Shown in pieces: positions 43,865 through 57,229 of a DNA stretch of 64,000 nucleotides. The number at the start of each line of letters is the position of its first letter. Position 1 is the stretch's first letter. The notes under the pieces were generated by a model. It was not told the DNA's origin and did not search any database. It saw nothing but the letters and a program-made list of their open reading frames with translations. The DNA is taken from the NCBI GenBank assembly GCA_951406725.2, contig OX597825.1, positions 59,644,001 to 59,708,000 of the forward strand, in the 5' to 3' direction. The translations under genes and the position numbers were made by a program. Source of the DNA: Octopus vulgaris (taxonomy: Eukaryota).

Positions 43865-44267
43865 TTTTCTTTTCTATTCTTGGCACAAGGCCTGAAATTT
43901 GGGGTAAGGGATCCAGTCGATTAGATCGACCCCAGGACGCAACTGGTACTTAATTTATTGACCCCGAAAGGATGAAAGGCAGAGTCAACCTCGGCGGAAT
44001 TTGAACTCAGAACGTAAAGACAGACAAAATACTTATTTCTTTACTACCCACAAGGGGCTAAACACAGAGATGACAAACGAGGACAGACAAATGGATTAAG
44101 TCGATTAGCTCGACCCCAGTGCGTAACTGGTACTTATTTAATCGACTCCGAAAGTATGAAAGGCAAAGTCTACCTCGGCGGAATTTGAACTCAGAACGTA
44201 ACGGCTGACGAAATACCGCTAAGCATTTCGTCCGGCGTGGTAACAATTTTGCCAGCTCACGACCTTA
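43865..44267 (-). mobile_element. Dimeric family K SINE
   Basis: Two head-to-tail copies of TTACGTTCTGAGTTCAAATTCCGCCGAGG..AAGTACCAGTT..CTGGGGTCGA, ending in an (AGAAA)-rich tail. Confidence 0.9.
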
Positions 44268-44816
44268 AAATTCGTAGATTAATGAAGATTTGTCAGCTAC
44301 CTTTATCACGTCGAGAAATCGAGTAGTAACTTTATTTAAAGAGAGGGAGGTGGTTTATTGATAAAGTGTTCGGTCAAATAATGAGAAAAAAAGGTAAATA
44401 TATTCAGGATTTATCTCTAGAAGTAGCATTGACTAATGTAGAGATAAATTGTATAAATTTCAGTTGCTTTTAACCCTAGACCGAATATGCATTCTAGCCG
44501 TGACAATTTAATACATTTAGATATATTCATTTATTCTTTTCTTTTACCAATCATTGGACTGTGGCCTTGCTGGAGACCCGTTTTAAGAAATTTAGTAAAT
44601 GAAATCAACTAAAATACTTATTTTTTTTTACTTCAGTCTGTATCTTTTTCGAATAGTTAAGTCGTTGGGATGTAAGCAAATTAACGCCGGTTGTCAAGCG
44701 ATGAAGGAACAAATACTGTCATGCACATGCATATATATATGCATGTTCACAGACACATACGTACACACACTATATAGATGCATAGATGTGTGTGTATGTG
44801 TGCGTGTATATATGTA

Positions 44817-45363
44817 TGTTCAGGTCAGGTCACTTTCGAGTGTAACCCAGTACAACCTGTTGCATGGTCGGATCGTCGGCGACTAAATCGGTAACCCCAC
44901 CAAGCTTGCTTGGTGAGGAGGGTGTTTATTGGACACCCTGCGGCATGAAAAACAAAACCCGTCAAAGGGCGGAGGAACTCTTGAGAGTCAACGGCCATCC
45001 AATAAATGTCTTAAGGTTGTATCATGCGCGGGGACATAGAAGTAATCGGACTGAATACCTGATCGCGCGGTTAAACCATTGGGAGTGAAGGACTCCTAGC
45101 CTTTGTTACCATTACTGCTCTATTCTTTAGAGTGTACTTCTTTTCTGATACATGTTTTATTAATTAACTATATATATATATATAGTTAATTGATTCTCAA
45201 GAGTTCCTCCGCCCTTTGACGGGTTTTGTTTTTCATCCCGCAGGGCGTCCAATAAACACCCTCCTCACCAAGCAAGCTTGGTGGGGTTACCGGTTTAATC
45301 GCCGACGACCCGACCATGCAACAGGTTGTACTGGGTTACACTCGAAAGTGACCTGACCTGAAC

Positions 45364-45364
<1 letters not shown>
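44817..45364. mobile_element. 548-bp fold-back element with 175-bp inverted arms
   Basis: 44817-44991 is the reverse complement of 45190-45364 with about 6 mismatches. Ends are TGTTCAGG...CCTGAACA, flanked by TA. Confidence 0.9.
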
Positions 45365-45438
<74 letters not shown>

Positions 45439-46396
45439 TAGATGTATATTTATATATCATTCATCTAAGGTAGTAGTTGAATATTCTTAAGCCGCATTTA
45501 ATCTCACGCAGCATCCTCTAGCGGTTGTTACTAATTCAGTTCTTAAACAAAATTGAAAGCTGTTAACACTTTTGAAGAGGGTTGACAGGCTTTTAGAGTA
45601 ACAGAGCTTCTTTTCAGCCCGCCCACCTCAGTACTAATCAAGGAGACCTATAGTCAAAGATTTTCCAGTTTTAGCGTCCCTTTTTATTTTATTAGCACTG
45701 TGTACATTGAACTGTAATTCTTTTCTTTTCCTTTTTAAGTCAGTGGAATTTAACTTTCGGAAGATTTAGCAAACTCGTCTACTGAATGCACTGAGAAACT
45801 CCCTCACTCTCAGTTGAGAAGTACAATGAAAATTTTCTGCGCAATTCGATGTGCAGAAAATTCTTCTATTACACTAAATGAAACTAAAGAGTTGTTGATA
45901 CTGACTAATCCCTTTTTGAAATCTCCTTGGGCCTTCAGTAAATACAGTCACATTCTGATTAATCCCTCTTAGCCTTACAAATGACTAGATATTTATTGTT
46001 TTCTTTTTTGCTGTTTCCTCTTTGAATACTAACATCTCTAGGTAGAAGCCATTCAAAGATATTTTTTTACAATCTTTAATCAGTCACTTTGTTTACGACA
46101 TCATTCGGGTCTGTCTGTTGCTGAGTTACATCCGTATTAAATAATTAAACCTAAGCGTTATTAGCATTCCATGCGAGTTGATCTGACGAGTTCTATTTGT
46201 AAACTAATCAAGCTAGTTTGATAGCAACAATTCTACAGTCGCCTGTAGAACGAATTTTCGAAGGATGCTTTTTCCTAATTTGGTTCCCTTTTCACTTTGT
46301 TTTTAAAATAATTGCCTGATTTTCTTTTTAATTTATTTTGCAGTGTTTTCATTCACGTTCCTGTTAACTGTTGATGTTTTAATCCATCAAAAGGGA

Positions 46397-46397
<1 letters not shown>

Positions 46398-46440
<43 letters not shown>

Positions 46441-46448
46441 TGATGATG

Positions 46449-46530
<82 letters not shown>

Positions 46531-46588
46531 TGATGATAATAATAATAATAATAATAATGATAATAATAATAATGATGATAATAATAAT
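46398..46588. repeat. (TAA)n/(TGA)n microsatellite
   Basis: Direct reading. It abuts the 3' end of a minus-strand family K SINE fragment. Confidence 0.97.
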
Positions 46589-47571
46589 TGTTTCAAATTT
46601 TGGTACAAGGTCAGCAATTTTCGGGGAAGGAGATAAGCCTCTTACATCGACTGCAGTGCTCAGCTGGTACTTATTTCATTGACCATGAAGGGATTTTCAG
46701 TACGGATACGGACCGTGAAAGCGTGGCGCTTCAAACCTTTCCAAACAGCGGCGAGCTATGGTTCCGCCAAGAGGCAGAAAATCACGGGCAAATGTGAGGC
46801 CAGGTTTCAACCTTCCAAATGTATATCTTATTTTGGTCGTAAAAACATTTTGTGCTCTCTGGGTCAGGTTCAGTGGACATTTTTTCCTCTCGTGTATGTA
46901 TGTCATTGAGAAAGTGTGATAGAGTAAAGTTGTGAGAGTGAGGTTGCGGAACTGATGAAGAGAAATGGGGGAATTCGAATTTAACTCAATGCGGTGTATA
47001 TGCGTGAATTTGTACATGTACCAAGTGTGGAGAAAACGAAGGTTTAGCTAACTGTGTCAAGTTGCAATGCAGTCTCGAGCAGATATTGAAGCACTCTTAG
47101 CCACATTTCTCTTCACCTTGTAAATCGTTCTGTGTATGAAAACTAAAAGGAGAGAGTTAGAGGTAGAGAGAGAGAGAGAGAGAGAAAAGAGAGATAACTT
47201 GCACCTGCTGCTTCTCATTAAGGCACTGTAACCTGAATAAACGTGAAAAGAGGAGCTTTGCTGAAGGACACACCACGCCCCTCAATTTAAGAGTTGAAAT
47301 CACGATCTTTTGCCCATACGCCGAAGAACATGACAACCACGCCACTCGCCTTCAGAGAATTTTATTTGATGCGTCGTGCCAAATATAATTACTATTTACT
47401 TATACATCGTATTTAATGTTATTCCACATTATACAAACATGAAATGTGTGCATACATTCATAGATAACACACATACACACACATAAACATATACTCATAC
47501 CTACATATATATATATATATAGGTATGCGTATATATGCATGTATATAAACATATATGAATATGTATATTTG

Positions 47572-47630
<59 letters not shown>

Positions 47631-47644
47631 ACATATATATATAA

Positions 47645-47693
<49 letters not shown>

Positions 47694-47730
47694 CACACAT
47701 ATATACACACACATATATATATACATATAC

Positions 47731-47796
<66 letters not shown>

Positions 47797-48093
47797 GTGT
47801 GTGTATGTTTGTCTGAAGATTTTACAAGTAGTTCCTAATTTGCGACTGGCTCGCATTTGGTCGTCTGAGTAGCACTTCAGTTTAGTGTGAAATTCTTTAT
47901 AGACATAACTTGCTGCAAAAATATAAACAGCTAGTATGTACACTCACACACATATTTAAGGAGTTTTGGATATCTCTCTCACCTCTCCTCTCCTCCCTTC
48001 TTCCTCCTTTCCTCCTCCTCTTTCACTATCTGTCTGTCTCTCTCTATATATATAGATATATACTCATATCCAGTTTTACATACATACGAAGAA

Positions 48094-48269
<176 letters not shown>

Positions 48270-49071
48270 GTCCATCTAAGCAGCCACAGACAAACACGTA
48301 TTTGTATGTATGCACAACCTGTACTTGCGCGTGCATAACTAAATGAATAATATATGAAAGTATCTGGAAAGTGCGATGTTAGTTCAGTATGAAACGGGCA
48401 TAAAAATGAGTGTATACTTATTTATGCGTAGTCTATTGGAAATTTTATGTATGTCTGTTTTATTTTCATGTGTGTACGTCTATATTTTACTTCGCCTAAT
48501 TCGCACCTCACATGTTGCGAATAACAGCGGAATAAATTCTCATCTCTTTGTTGGAATAGTTTTATTTACATATAAAAATGCAATGAATTTAACCTTCAAA
48601 TATGATCACGTTCTTCCTACTCTCTCTTTCTGTCTGCCTCTGTACAAGAACAAACGATGAAACGCACACAAACCCGGGCAGGCACAAACATATCTGTGTA
48701 CATACATGAATATATGTATGTATATATTTATTGTATATCTCTTATGACTGGGCAACATCTCTATTTTACAACTGTAAGTCTATGTATAATGACTTTAATG
48801 TAAAATAGGATATTTTATTCGAAAGGTAATAAAAATCTTGCGGAGAAATATACGTCATGAGCTTTGTAAGGGAAACTCAGAAATACGCAGTTGCTCTCGT
48901 TTATTACAGTTTTGTTGGAAGTACGGCTTTGAACTGGAGAGTATTTCACTATAACCATATTAAGTTATGAAATGGACTGTAGTCATATGGCTTTCTGCAA
49001 CACAAATGTTATGGGGAGACATACATAAATAGAAAAATACATATATTATATATATAAATGTATATATAATG

Positions 49072-49145
<74 letters not shown>

Positions 49146-49146
<1 letters not shown>

Positions 49147-49324
49147 GGGGAGAGTTCACAAAAAAAGACAAAGACAGGTGGTGTAGACAACAAACAGATG
49201 TATTGGTTTAACGCTCGGGAAGTGAAAAAGTCTTTAACGTTTCGAGCCTACGCTCTTCCACAGAAAGAAACACAGAAAGAAACAAGGAGAGAAAATAAAA
49301 AATGTGTAGTGACTAGTGATCTAG

Positions 49325-49327
<3 letters not shown>
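49146..49327 (-). mobile_element. Short (TA)n-embedded element with a minimal hammerhead-like motif (Penelope pLTR/retrozyme-like)
   Basis: Minus 49268-49231 reads TCTTT-CTGTGGA-A-GAGC-GTAG-GCTC-GAAAC-GTT-AAAGA. A homologous copy lies at 58295-58482. Confidence 0.7.
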
Positions 49328-49386
<59 letters not shown>

Positions 49387-49539
49387 AGTATTTAAACTTC
49401 AATTATCCGCACCAACGCTCGGTTGCAACACCAAATGGTCTTATCTCCAACCGTGCTTTTTTTCTGCTGTGATTTTTGCTACCCAGGTATCGGTTAAACT
49501 TTTGAATAATCTGTATCAAGAAAATTCATCTTTCTATTT

Positions 49540-49609
<70 letters not shown>

Positions 49610-49659
49610 GTTAGTCAAATTTATCACGGCTTTACTCCTTAAGAATATTGTTGCTATGA

Positions 49660-49962
49660 GATTTCCAGATCCCCAGGTAATTTTATGAGGCGTACTTCAA
49701 GCAAGGACCAATGCTTCACTGCAGTCGAGTACCAACAATTTGAAGACCTACATTGTGCGTGCAACACGCAAAAAGATTTCGTTCTCGTGTGGACGTAGTA
49801 ATTTCCCAAAAGGGTCATAAATTTTCCCAAGAGTGATACATTTTTTGTTGTAATAGAATTTTAATGTTACATTAAAATTATATGTGTCTACTACCATTAT
49901 TTTAGTATTTATATCCAGTTTTAGGCATCGTAAAAATTGTCTCAATTTATTTGCAAGATCCG
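49660..49962 (+). mobile_element. Tc1/mariner (maT/DD37D-like) transposase C-terminal remnant
   Basis: IL*GVLQARTNA..LKTYIVR, then in another frame RFRSRVDVVISQKG (compare RFRxRxEAVIxxxGG). Confidence 0.55.
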
Positions 49963-49985
49963 CGCGCCCGCACACCCCCACACTT

Positions 49986-50047
49986 CAAAATGGGTAACTG
50001 TGAAACATCAAAATGGGTAACTGTGAAACATCAAGCAGTGAAACATC
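49986..50047. repeat. 23-bp tandem duplication plus a partial third unit
   Basis: TCAAAATGGGTAACTGTGAAACA occurs twice. Confidence 0.9.
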
Positions 50048-50439
50048 GGACTCAGTAGGGAGTTCCATACCCCATCCAGTATGTTAAGTCTATATTCCAG
50101 AAGTTGTATTTCCTTGTCTTCGAGGTTTCACTGTGATAGGTTAATAACTTTTGGATTATTTCCATTATTTCCTTGACATTTTGTCTCAGATTTTTGCTTT
50201 GTTTCTCTTTGGAGATCATGCTACCTAAAAAAGCTTTCTTGCTCTATGAAACTTTGGTACTCTGTCATTCTAGTACTCTATTTTGTTCGAATGACGTTAT
50301 ACAGTTGTCATTGTACCAGTTACCATGTTATGTTGCTTTGTTCTTAAGATTCTGTGGTTTGATCATTTATTTTGGTCGGTCCTTTCATGGTTATTCTTAT
50401 CTTTGATTGTTGGCTTGTTATTAGTATGCTTCCTTGGAT

Positions 50440-52510
50440 TTGGTTCTCTACTTTGGACATTTGATATCAATTCCAAGCTTAACACTACAGAACTTATAAA
50501 AGAAACTAAAGAATTTTGTTGAAAACTTCATCGACAAGAATCCTTCAAATGAAACACGACGAAAATCCATCACTTGTTTAAAAGTAAAACAGGATATAAA
50601 GCACCAATGAACAGAAATAATCACTTAGAGGAATACATAATGTGCTTGAAAAGGCAGCATTTCCATAAACCATATAAAAGCAAATATTACAAATAAAGAG
50701 CAAAACGTCGGAATGTGTACACAAAAAACTCCTCTACATTTATTAAAGAACCTGACAAAGGAGGAGCCATTGCAATAATGGACAAGACCTTTTACAGGGA
50801 AATGGTCTTAGAACAACTAACCAACCAACATTTTTACATCAATTTGGAAATCAATGCAGATAAGCAAACAACAAATAAATTTAGTAAATTAATTAACAAA
50901 ATAAAAAACAATTAACGGAAAATGGAGTTGAATTATCACACTAATTTTGGAGAAAAAACAAACTACTTTTATGGACTACCAAAACCCATAAATTTAAAGA
51001 AATCAATGAAAGATTTATGGACATCCTTACACATTTGTAAACATTCCCACACCATCTGATCTAAAATGATGTTCAATTGTTGTAGGACCAATATCTAGCA
51101 CCCAAAGATTAAGTGATTTGCTTGACACAATTTTGAAACTATTGTTGAAATTTGTCCCGTTTCTTCAGAAATGACATGTACTTTCTAAATTTTGAGTAGT
51201 TTCGACATAACTAGCCGCTACTCAAATACCCACTATGGATTAGGATTAGGACAGAATTTAAGAGATTCTAAAAAGAATTTATACTTGACAGACGATTGGT
51301 ACAATAAAGCAACTATTTCTTTTTTGATAACCAATATTAATTAAAAATACAAGGTACATCAATGGGAACGAAACTCGCATCAACGTTTGCGACACTAGTA
51401 ATGGGATGATGGAAGAAAAAGATCTATACATTACCCAGCATTTCCAATTCTATTTGATAGGAAATGGGAAACGTTACCTGGATGACTGCTTTATATTTTG
51501 GGGCGAAATTAGAGAGAACATTATAAGTTTTTTTCTTAAAAGAATTAACGACATTCATGAATCGATCCAGTTCATTATGGAAATGAATGAATGAAAGGAA
51601 ACTTACTATCCCAGACATACTGATCATTTAAGACACTTATAACTGATATCCACTGCAAGGACACAGAGACGCACCTATATTAAGATTTTAGATCATGTTA
51701 TACATCCCACACAAAAAGAAACATCCTATTCTATATCGCAATACGTATACACGTATACATACTTACATACACAAACAAATGAGAGAATCGACAGATAGAA
51801 CTATGTCCCTTCAGAAACAAAACGACCACAAAACCTAATATATCATACCAGAACCAAAGTAAAAGAATTACCAATCTCAGCTTTGCGGGGAAACACTCAC
51901 AATGAAATAGAGAAGAAAACCAAAAATATAATATTCCATTTGTAGTCACCCATAATCCTTGAAATTACAACCAGTACTGCGCCAAATGCTACCTCTCAAT
52001 TCTGCACGAACCATCAAATCTCCGATAAATAATTAAGGGATCTCGAATTGTCAACAACCAAAGACAACCACCAGGTCTCATTATCCTAACACACACGCGA
52101 AATTCGTGTGTGTGTGAAAGAGAAAAAATGCAAATAAGACACTATGGAGTCCTTCCTTGAGGGACGTGGGAAATAATTGAAAAAGAAATAACCTAAAGAT
52201 TCAGGTTTGGGAAGGAATTAAAGGTGGATGCACACATTAATTGCAAAAGAAAAAGGAACAAAATAAAAATCTCATCTACTGCAACAGATGCCCATAATAC
52301 AGTAAGATTTACATCGGAGAAATAGGATCTAAACTAATCAGCAAATTGTAGATTTGCCTCTTAGAAATTTTCCATGCAGTCTACATATCTAGACTTTCAT
52401 GCAAACTGGAAAATTTAAAGTATTTTCTTTTTGACGATAAAGGAAGTTGATCAACTAAGAAACGCAAAAGGAGAATGATTTATATAAGTTCTAAATCCGT
52501 AACTAAATCG
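50440..52510 (+). mobile_element. Decayed Penelope-like retroelement (RT plus C-terminal GIY-YIG endonuclease)
   Basis: Motifs in order across frames: IKEPDKGGAIAIMDK, FYGLPK, SFDITSRYSN, QGTSMGTKLASTFATLVMG, KRYLDDCFIFW, TDIHCKDTETHLY, HTKRNI, IPFVVTHNP, NLIYC..YIGEIG. Many stops and frameshifts. Confidence 0.9.
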
Positions 52511-52748
52511 GCGGTAGTCAATAGCATTACTGAAACAACTCCCTCCCTACGGATTAGCTTAGAACACAGCTGTTTAAAAAGTTGAACCACGAAAGTGCTT
52601 ACAGACAATGCTGTTGCATTGTTTTTCGAAAAAAGGACAGAAAGGCATAACAGTTAAATAACAAAATGTAAGAAAATCTGTCTTTATATCAAGTATATCA
52701 ACTATATCTTCTTGCAAAATCATATATTTACATATACATATATATATA

Positions 52749-53017
52749 CGTAGTATGATCAATAAGTATCCGGACTGTTGCACTATTAACGAAGCTAAAG
52801 CATGCAGAGTAAATCTGCTTGGTACAGATTGACCTTAAACTCTGCTGTGCAGGTGCACAAAGTTTTACGTTCCAGCTCACTTCTGCTGTTTAGAGTTGTG
52901 CTTGGAAGGAAGGTGTGTAGCGTGTATTCGTCGCACTGACCATGACAGAAAGTTGAGCAGAGAATATGCATCAAATTTTGTCAAATGCTCGGCGATACCT
53001 GCTCTGCGGCCTACGCA
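52749..53017 (+). mobile_element. Mariner 5' end (TIR, leader and first codons)
   Basis: TA|CGTAGTATGATCAATAAGTATCCGGACT, then VEQRICIKFCQMLGDT. Confidence 0.8.
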
Positions 53018-53497
53018 TATCTCTTCAAAAACTTTTCATCGTTCTCGACATAATCAAGGAGATCTTGTGCAACTGAAGTTCGAGTGTCTCATATGTCGGC
53101 TGAAAGCAGTTTTGGCACAAAATTGGCAGACACGCGTCTCATACCCAAACTTTCACTGATATTGGACTGAACCGAACCGTAACTGATCTGTACTTCTTCT
53201 GATAACCTTCGGATAGTGATTCGACGATTACCTTTCACAGTTGCACACGCACATCTGCAATGTTTTCTCAGTTCTGCTTGTTGTGGGTCTCCCAGAGCAT
53301 CGACATATTTTCGGCTATCTTGGAAAAGTCTGAACCACTCTTACACATGTGTACAGCTCATACACTCCCCTCCATACACTTTCTGCAACTTTGCGCAGGC
53401 CTCTGAGCAGGTGTTGTCATGACAAAAGTCATTCTCAATACGACGATCGCACACTATACACGTTCCTACCAAGAACTCTGTAAACAGCAGAAGTGAG
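53018..53497 (-). mobile_element. Second, inverted copy of the same mariner's N-terminal region
   Basis: [60 protein letters not shown] (compare WVPHEL). Confidence 0.88.
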
Positions 53498-53558
53498 AAA
53501 TGGTGTGTAGAATGGTGCTGAGAAGTGTTTGGTGCTAGTGTGTGTAGCAATCCATTCC

Positions 53559-53603
<45 letters not shown>

Positions 53604-53627
53604 CACCTTTTATCAATTTAAAATGAA

Positions 53628-53712
<85 letters not shown>

Positions 53713-55722
53713 GTATTTGTATGTATATGCTGTATATATGCATATATATATTTGTACATTTATGTATGTATCTATATGTACAGTCTGTATACATATGCAT
53801 GTATGCTTGTTTGTGTGCGTGTCTCTATATGTCCAAACACCCACCCATGGAAACATACATATATATTACATACGTTATATAAATATATTACATATATTTT
53901 AGATATATTATATAAACCACCCTCTGCTTAGATGTTTCAAAGCGATGAAAATATTTTGACACAAATTAAATTTAAATGCTGAAGTCAAACAAAATGTTTT
54001 GTGTGTTCTTGAATGGCTTCCACGCCGCAGTTGTTGTTGGTTTTAAAAAGGTGTTATGTAAACGATAATTAATTTTAATGGCATACTTTTCGGTTATAAA
54101 ATGTCTTTTCTTACATACACGATTTATTTTGTTGTTTTTCTTCCACCAAATGGACCAAGCGTGTGTTACTTCGGCATTTTTATTCTCAAAAATGTGTTTA
54201 ATGGGAGAAAAATATGGAAAATAAATCATCAGTACATGTGAGAGTGAAAAGAAAGATTGGTCTGGGTTGTGCTAGAAACAACAGCGAAATATCACTTGAA
54301 TTGTTCACCTTTTCTCCTGAAAATATTCACATTTTTTTTCACCGAAAAGGCTCCTCCCATGGTTTTTAAGTTAAAAAGGAAAATGGTCAAAATAGGTCCG
54401 GATTGCAATAGGTTCCAACAGCCATAACAGCAAAATAACTTTTAAATACTTTTTACAAAAATTATACGGGTATTTTTTTAAAATTTTCATTCAGTAAATA
54501 ATGTTTTTAAACTACGTATACATTAATAGTATAAACTGTCGGTTTTCCAAACAGCGAATTAAAACTTGAAGTGAAAACATTGAAAGAGAAAATGAGAGAC
54601 TTTGCAAATGAAAACGGAATACTCCGCAGTGCATGCAATGAATATTTGATTTTGTGAGAAATTGGAGTTAAAAAATTCAGTAAACTTGAGAAATAGAAAT
54701 TATAGGAAATTTCTTAGAACATGAATTGATAAAAATATTTCCAGGCGCTCAGCCTTTTAATAATCGCTGTCTTATAGTACTTTTAGTAATTCTTACATAC
54801 CTAATTAATAAGTAGCGTTCTCCATTATATATAGATATATATTATATGTATTATATAGATAAATATTACAAATATATAACATATACTTGGAATTCAGATA
54901 TATTTTTTACGCCTGTAACGCATACATGCATTATTATATATTTGCATAGAGAAACTTATAGACTCATTTTCATATATAATGGTCTTGGCGAATAAGGTAT
55001 TTTTGTAGATATGAGCATCACCAATATGCAATGTGTAAACGTATATGTGGAACTAGTTGGAAATTAGACACACACATACGCACACACACACATTAACAAA
55101 AGTACATGTGTATGTATATCTCAAAATTTTATCTGATATTCGCATTTCATTTACTTCGAATAGCTGAAAGTGGCGACACAGTGTTGAAAATATATATTTA
55201 TAAGGTGATAGAAGAAAGACGTTAAATATATTCAATAAAGTAGCAGAATATCGTTTAGATGTTCCCTAGACAAAATGTCTCCAGAGTTTTGGCAAAGTGA
55301 TCACTGAAAATTACAGGAATTATCTCTTATTATTTTGGAGGCGGACTATTGGATATTCATTCTAAAGTATTTGCCGTAACTTCGGTACATATGTACCAAT
55401 TTATATACGGGTATCTCGGATCTGACGGCCCAGATCAGAATCGTTCCAAAAACATTATTTGACGGTTCGATTGACCTTTGTATTTTGCTTATGAATAATT
55501 CATATGTAAATTCCAATGCAGAGAAAATAATCCCAGCTCTGAAGCTGATTAAATAATATAAAATTATGGTCAAAGCTATATGTGTATATGCATTTATCTA
55601 TAGAAATATTAATATTTCTAAGTCTCTCTAAAGGTGACTACGGCAGTGGTACTGGATACTGATAGTTATCGCCAAGCTAATATGGCAGTCTAGAAATATA
55701 GGACGAATGCTGCCGTTGAATA

Positions 55723-55808
55723 ACTGCGTGGCACCTTGGGAAAGCGTCTACAGGTCAACCAAAGACTTGTGAGTGGATTTGGTAGAGAGAAACGGAAGGA
55801 AGCCTATC

Positions 55809-55849
<41 letters not shown>

Positions 55850-56055
55850 TAGTGTGTGTGTGTGTGTCTATGTGTGCGTGCGTGTGAGAGTGTATAAGTT
55901 TGAGTTTGTTCCACCACTTCATGTAAATCGGTGTTGGTTTGTCTCCCTAAACGTAGCGGTTCGGCCAAAGAGACCGATATCTAAACTGAAAAGCATAAAC
56001 ACTCGTATCGACATGTTGGTCTAAACCCTGCAATCCAGTGACTGAAACAAGTAGA
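55723..56055 (+). mobile_element. Family M SINE, 5'-truncated and decayed
   Basis: CTGCGTGGCACCTTGGG..GTGAGTGGATTTGGTAGA..microsatellite..GCGGTTCGGC..GACTGAAACAAGTA. Confidence 0.8.
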
Positions 56056-56524
56056 AGGCAAAGCGGTAACGTTATACGTGTAACGTGCGCCCACGACATC
56101 TACTGTTAGAATACGTCGCTCTTATCTATTCAGTAACAACAGAACTTGCAATAATATCCAATGTTTCTCATTTCCTCTCAATTTGTGAGAGTATTTAATG
56201 GAGCTTAACTCACTCATTAGCCAAACTATGGATATCTAATAATAAAATTTATATGTTAATTAATGGTCGAAATATTCTTGATTAATTTAGACAATTTTTG
56301 AGATTTTTTGCTTGTTAATTTTTGTTTCTGTTCAATAAGTGAGATTGGCAATATCTAAATTTCTAAATTTCAAATTATATTTTTATTTCCTTTTTATTTT
56401 TTTATTTTCCTTGGTTTTTGCTTTTAAGCCATTTGTTTTCTGTTCTTAATTTTATGGTTTTCAATCACATGAGAGAGCAAAGCAATCAATAAATTGGAAT
56501 GGTAAATCAGGAAGAAAAACAGTT

Positions 56525-56558
<34 letters not shown>

Positions 56559-56583
56559 CATATATTTATATATATATATATAT

Positions 56584-56671
56584 ATTTGACTAGCTCTGTC
56601 CATAAGCAATACGTACACACGCTCACACATATACACATATATGTATTGCTTATGGACAGAGCTAGTCAAAT
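56584..56671. repeat. Perfect 29-bp inverted repeat with a 30-nt spacer
   Basis: ATTTGACTAGCTCTGTCCATAAGCAATAC / GTATTGCTTATGGACAGAGCTAGTCAAAT. Confidence 0.97.
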
Positions 56672-57085
56672 GAAGTCGGAAAACATTTAACAATAAACAG
56701 TTTATCTGTTGTTGTCGTTACCATTCTTGTTGTTGTTCCAAATATCGCCCCTTCCCCGGTCAATGTCTTTTAGCCACTTTGAGATTAAAATAAGAAACTA
56801 CCAAACTGGAACACCGAGAGAAAAAAAACACGAAAAAAAGATACAAAAACAAGAACCAAACAAATATTAGAATTCAGTGATTAGATGTAATTTTTTAGCG
56901 AGAAATGTGGAAATCATTTCACATTACTTGAAAACCTTGAGACAGAATTCTTTGGACAGAATCAGACTAAAAGTTTAACGTATCACATCCGTTTTCTTTT
57001 CCCTGTTTATAATCTTCCAATATTTTTTTAAACAAGATAAGCTCTATTTTGTCTTTGCATTTTTCTTCCTTGCTCCCTCCCCCTT

Positions 57086-57091
57086 CTTTTT

Positions 57092-57163
<72 letters not shown>

Positions 57164-57193
57164 TTCTACCTTTCTTCCATTTCTTTCTTTCGT

Positions 57194-57229
<36 letters not shown>

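Noticed and set aside
46697-47017. 106-aa ORF in GC-richer sequence
   Set aside because: No recognisable domain or splice structure. It is probably an unclassified repeat fragment.
50440-52510. Selenocysteine-recoded (Naiad-type) Penelope ORF
   Set aside because: The disruptions include TAA stops and frameshifts, and the endonuclease is C-terminal. This is ordinary decay.
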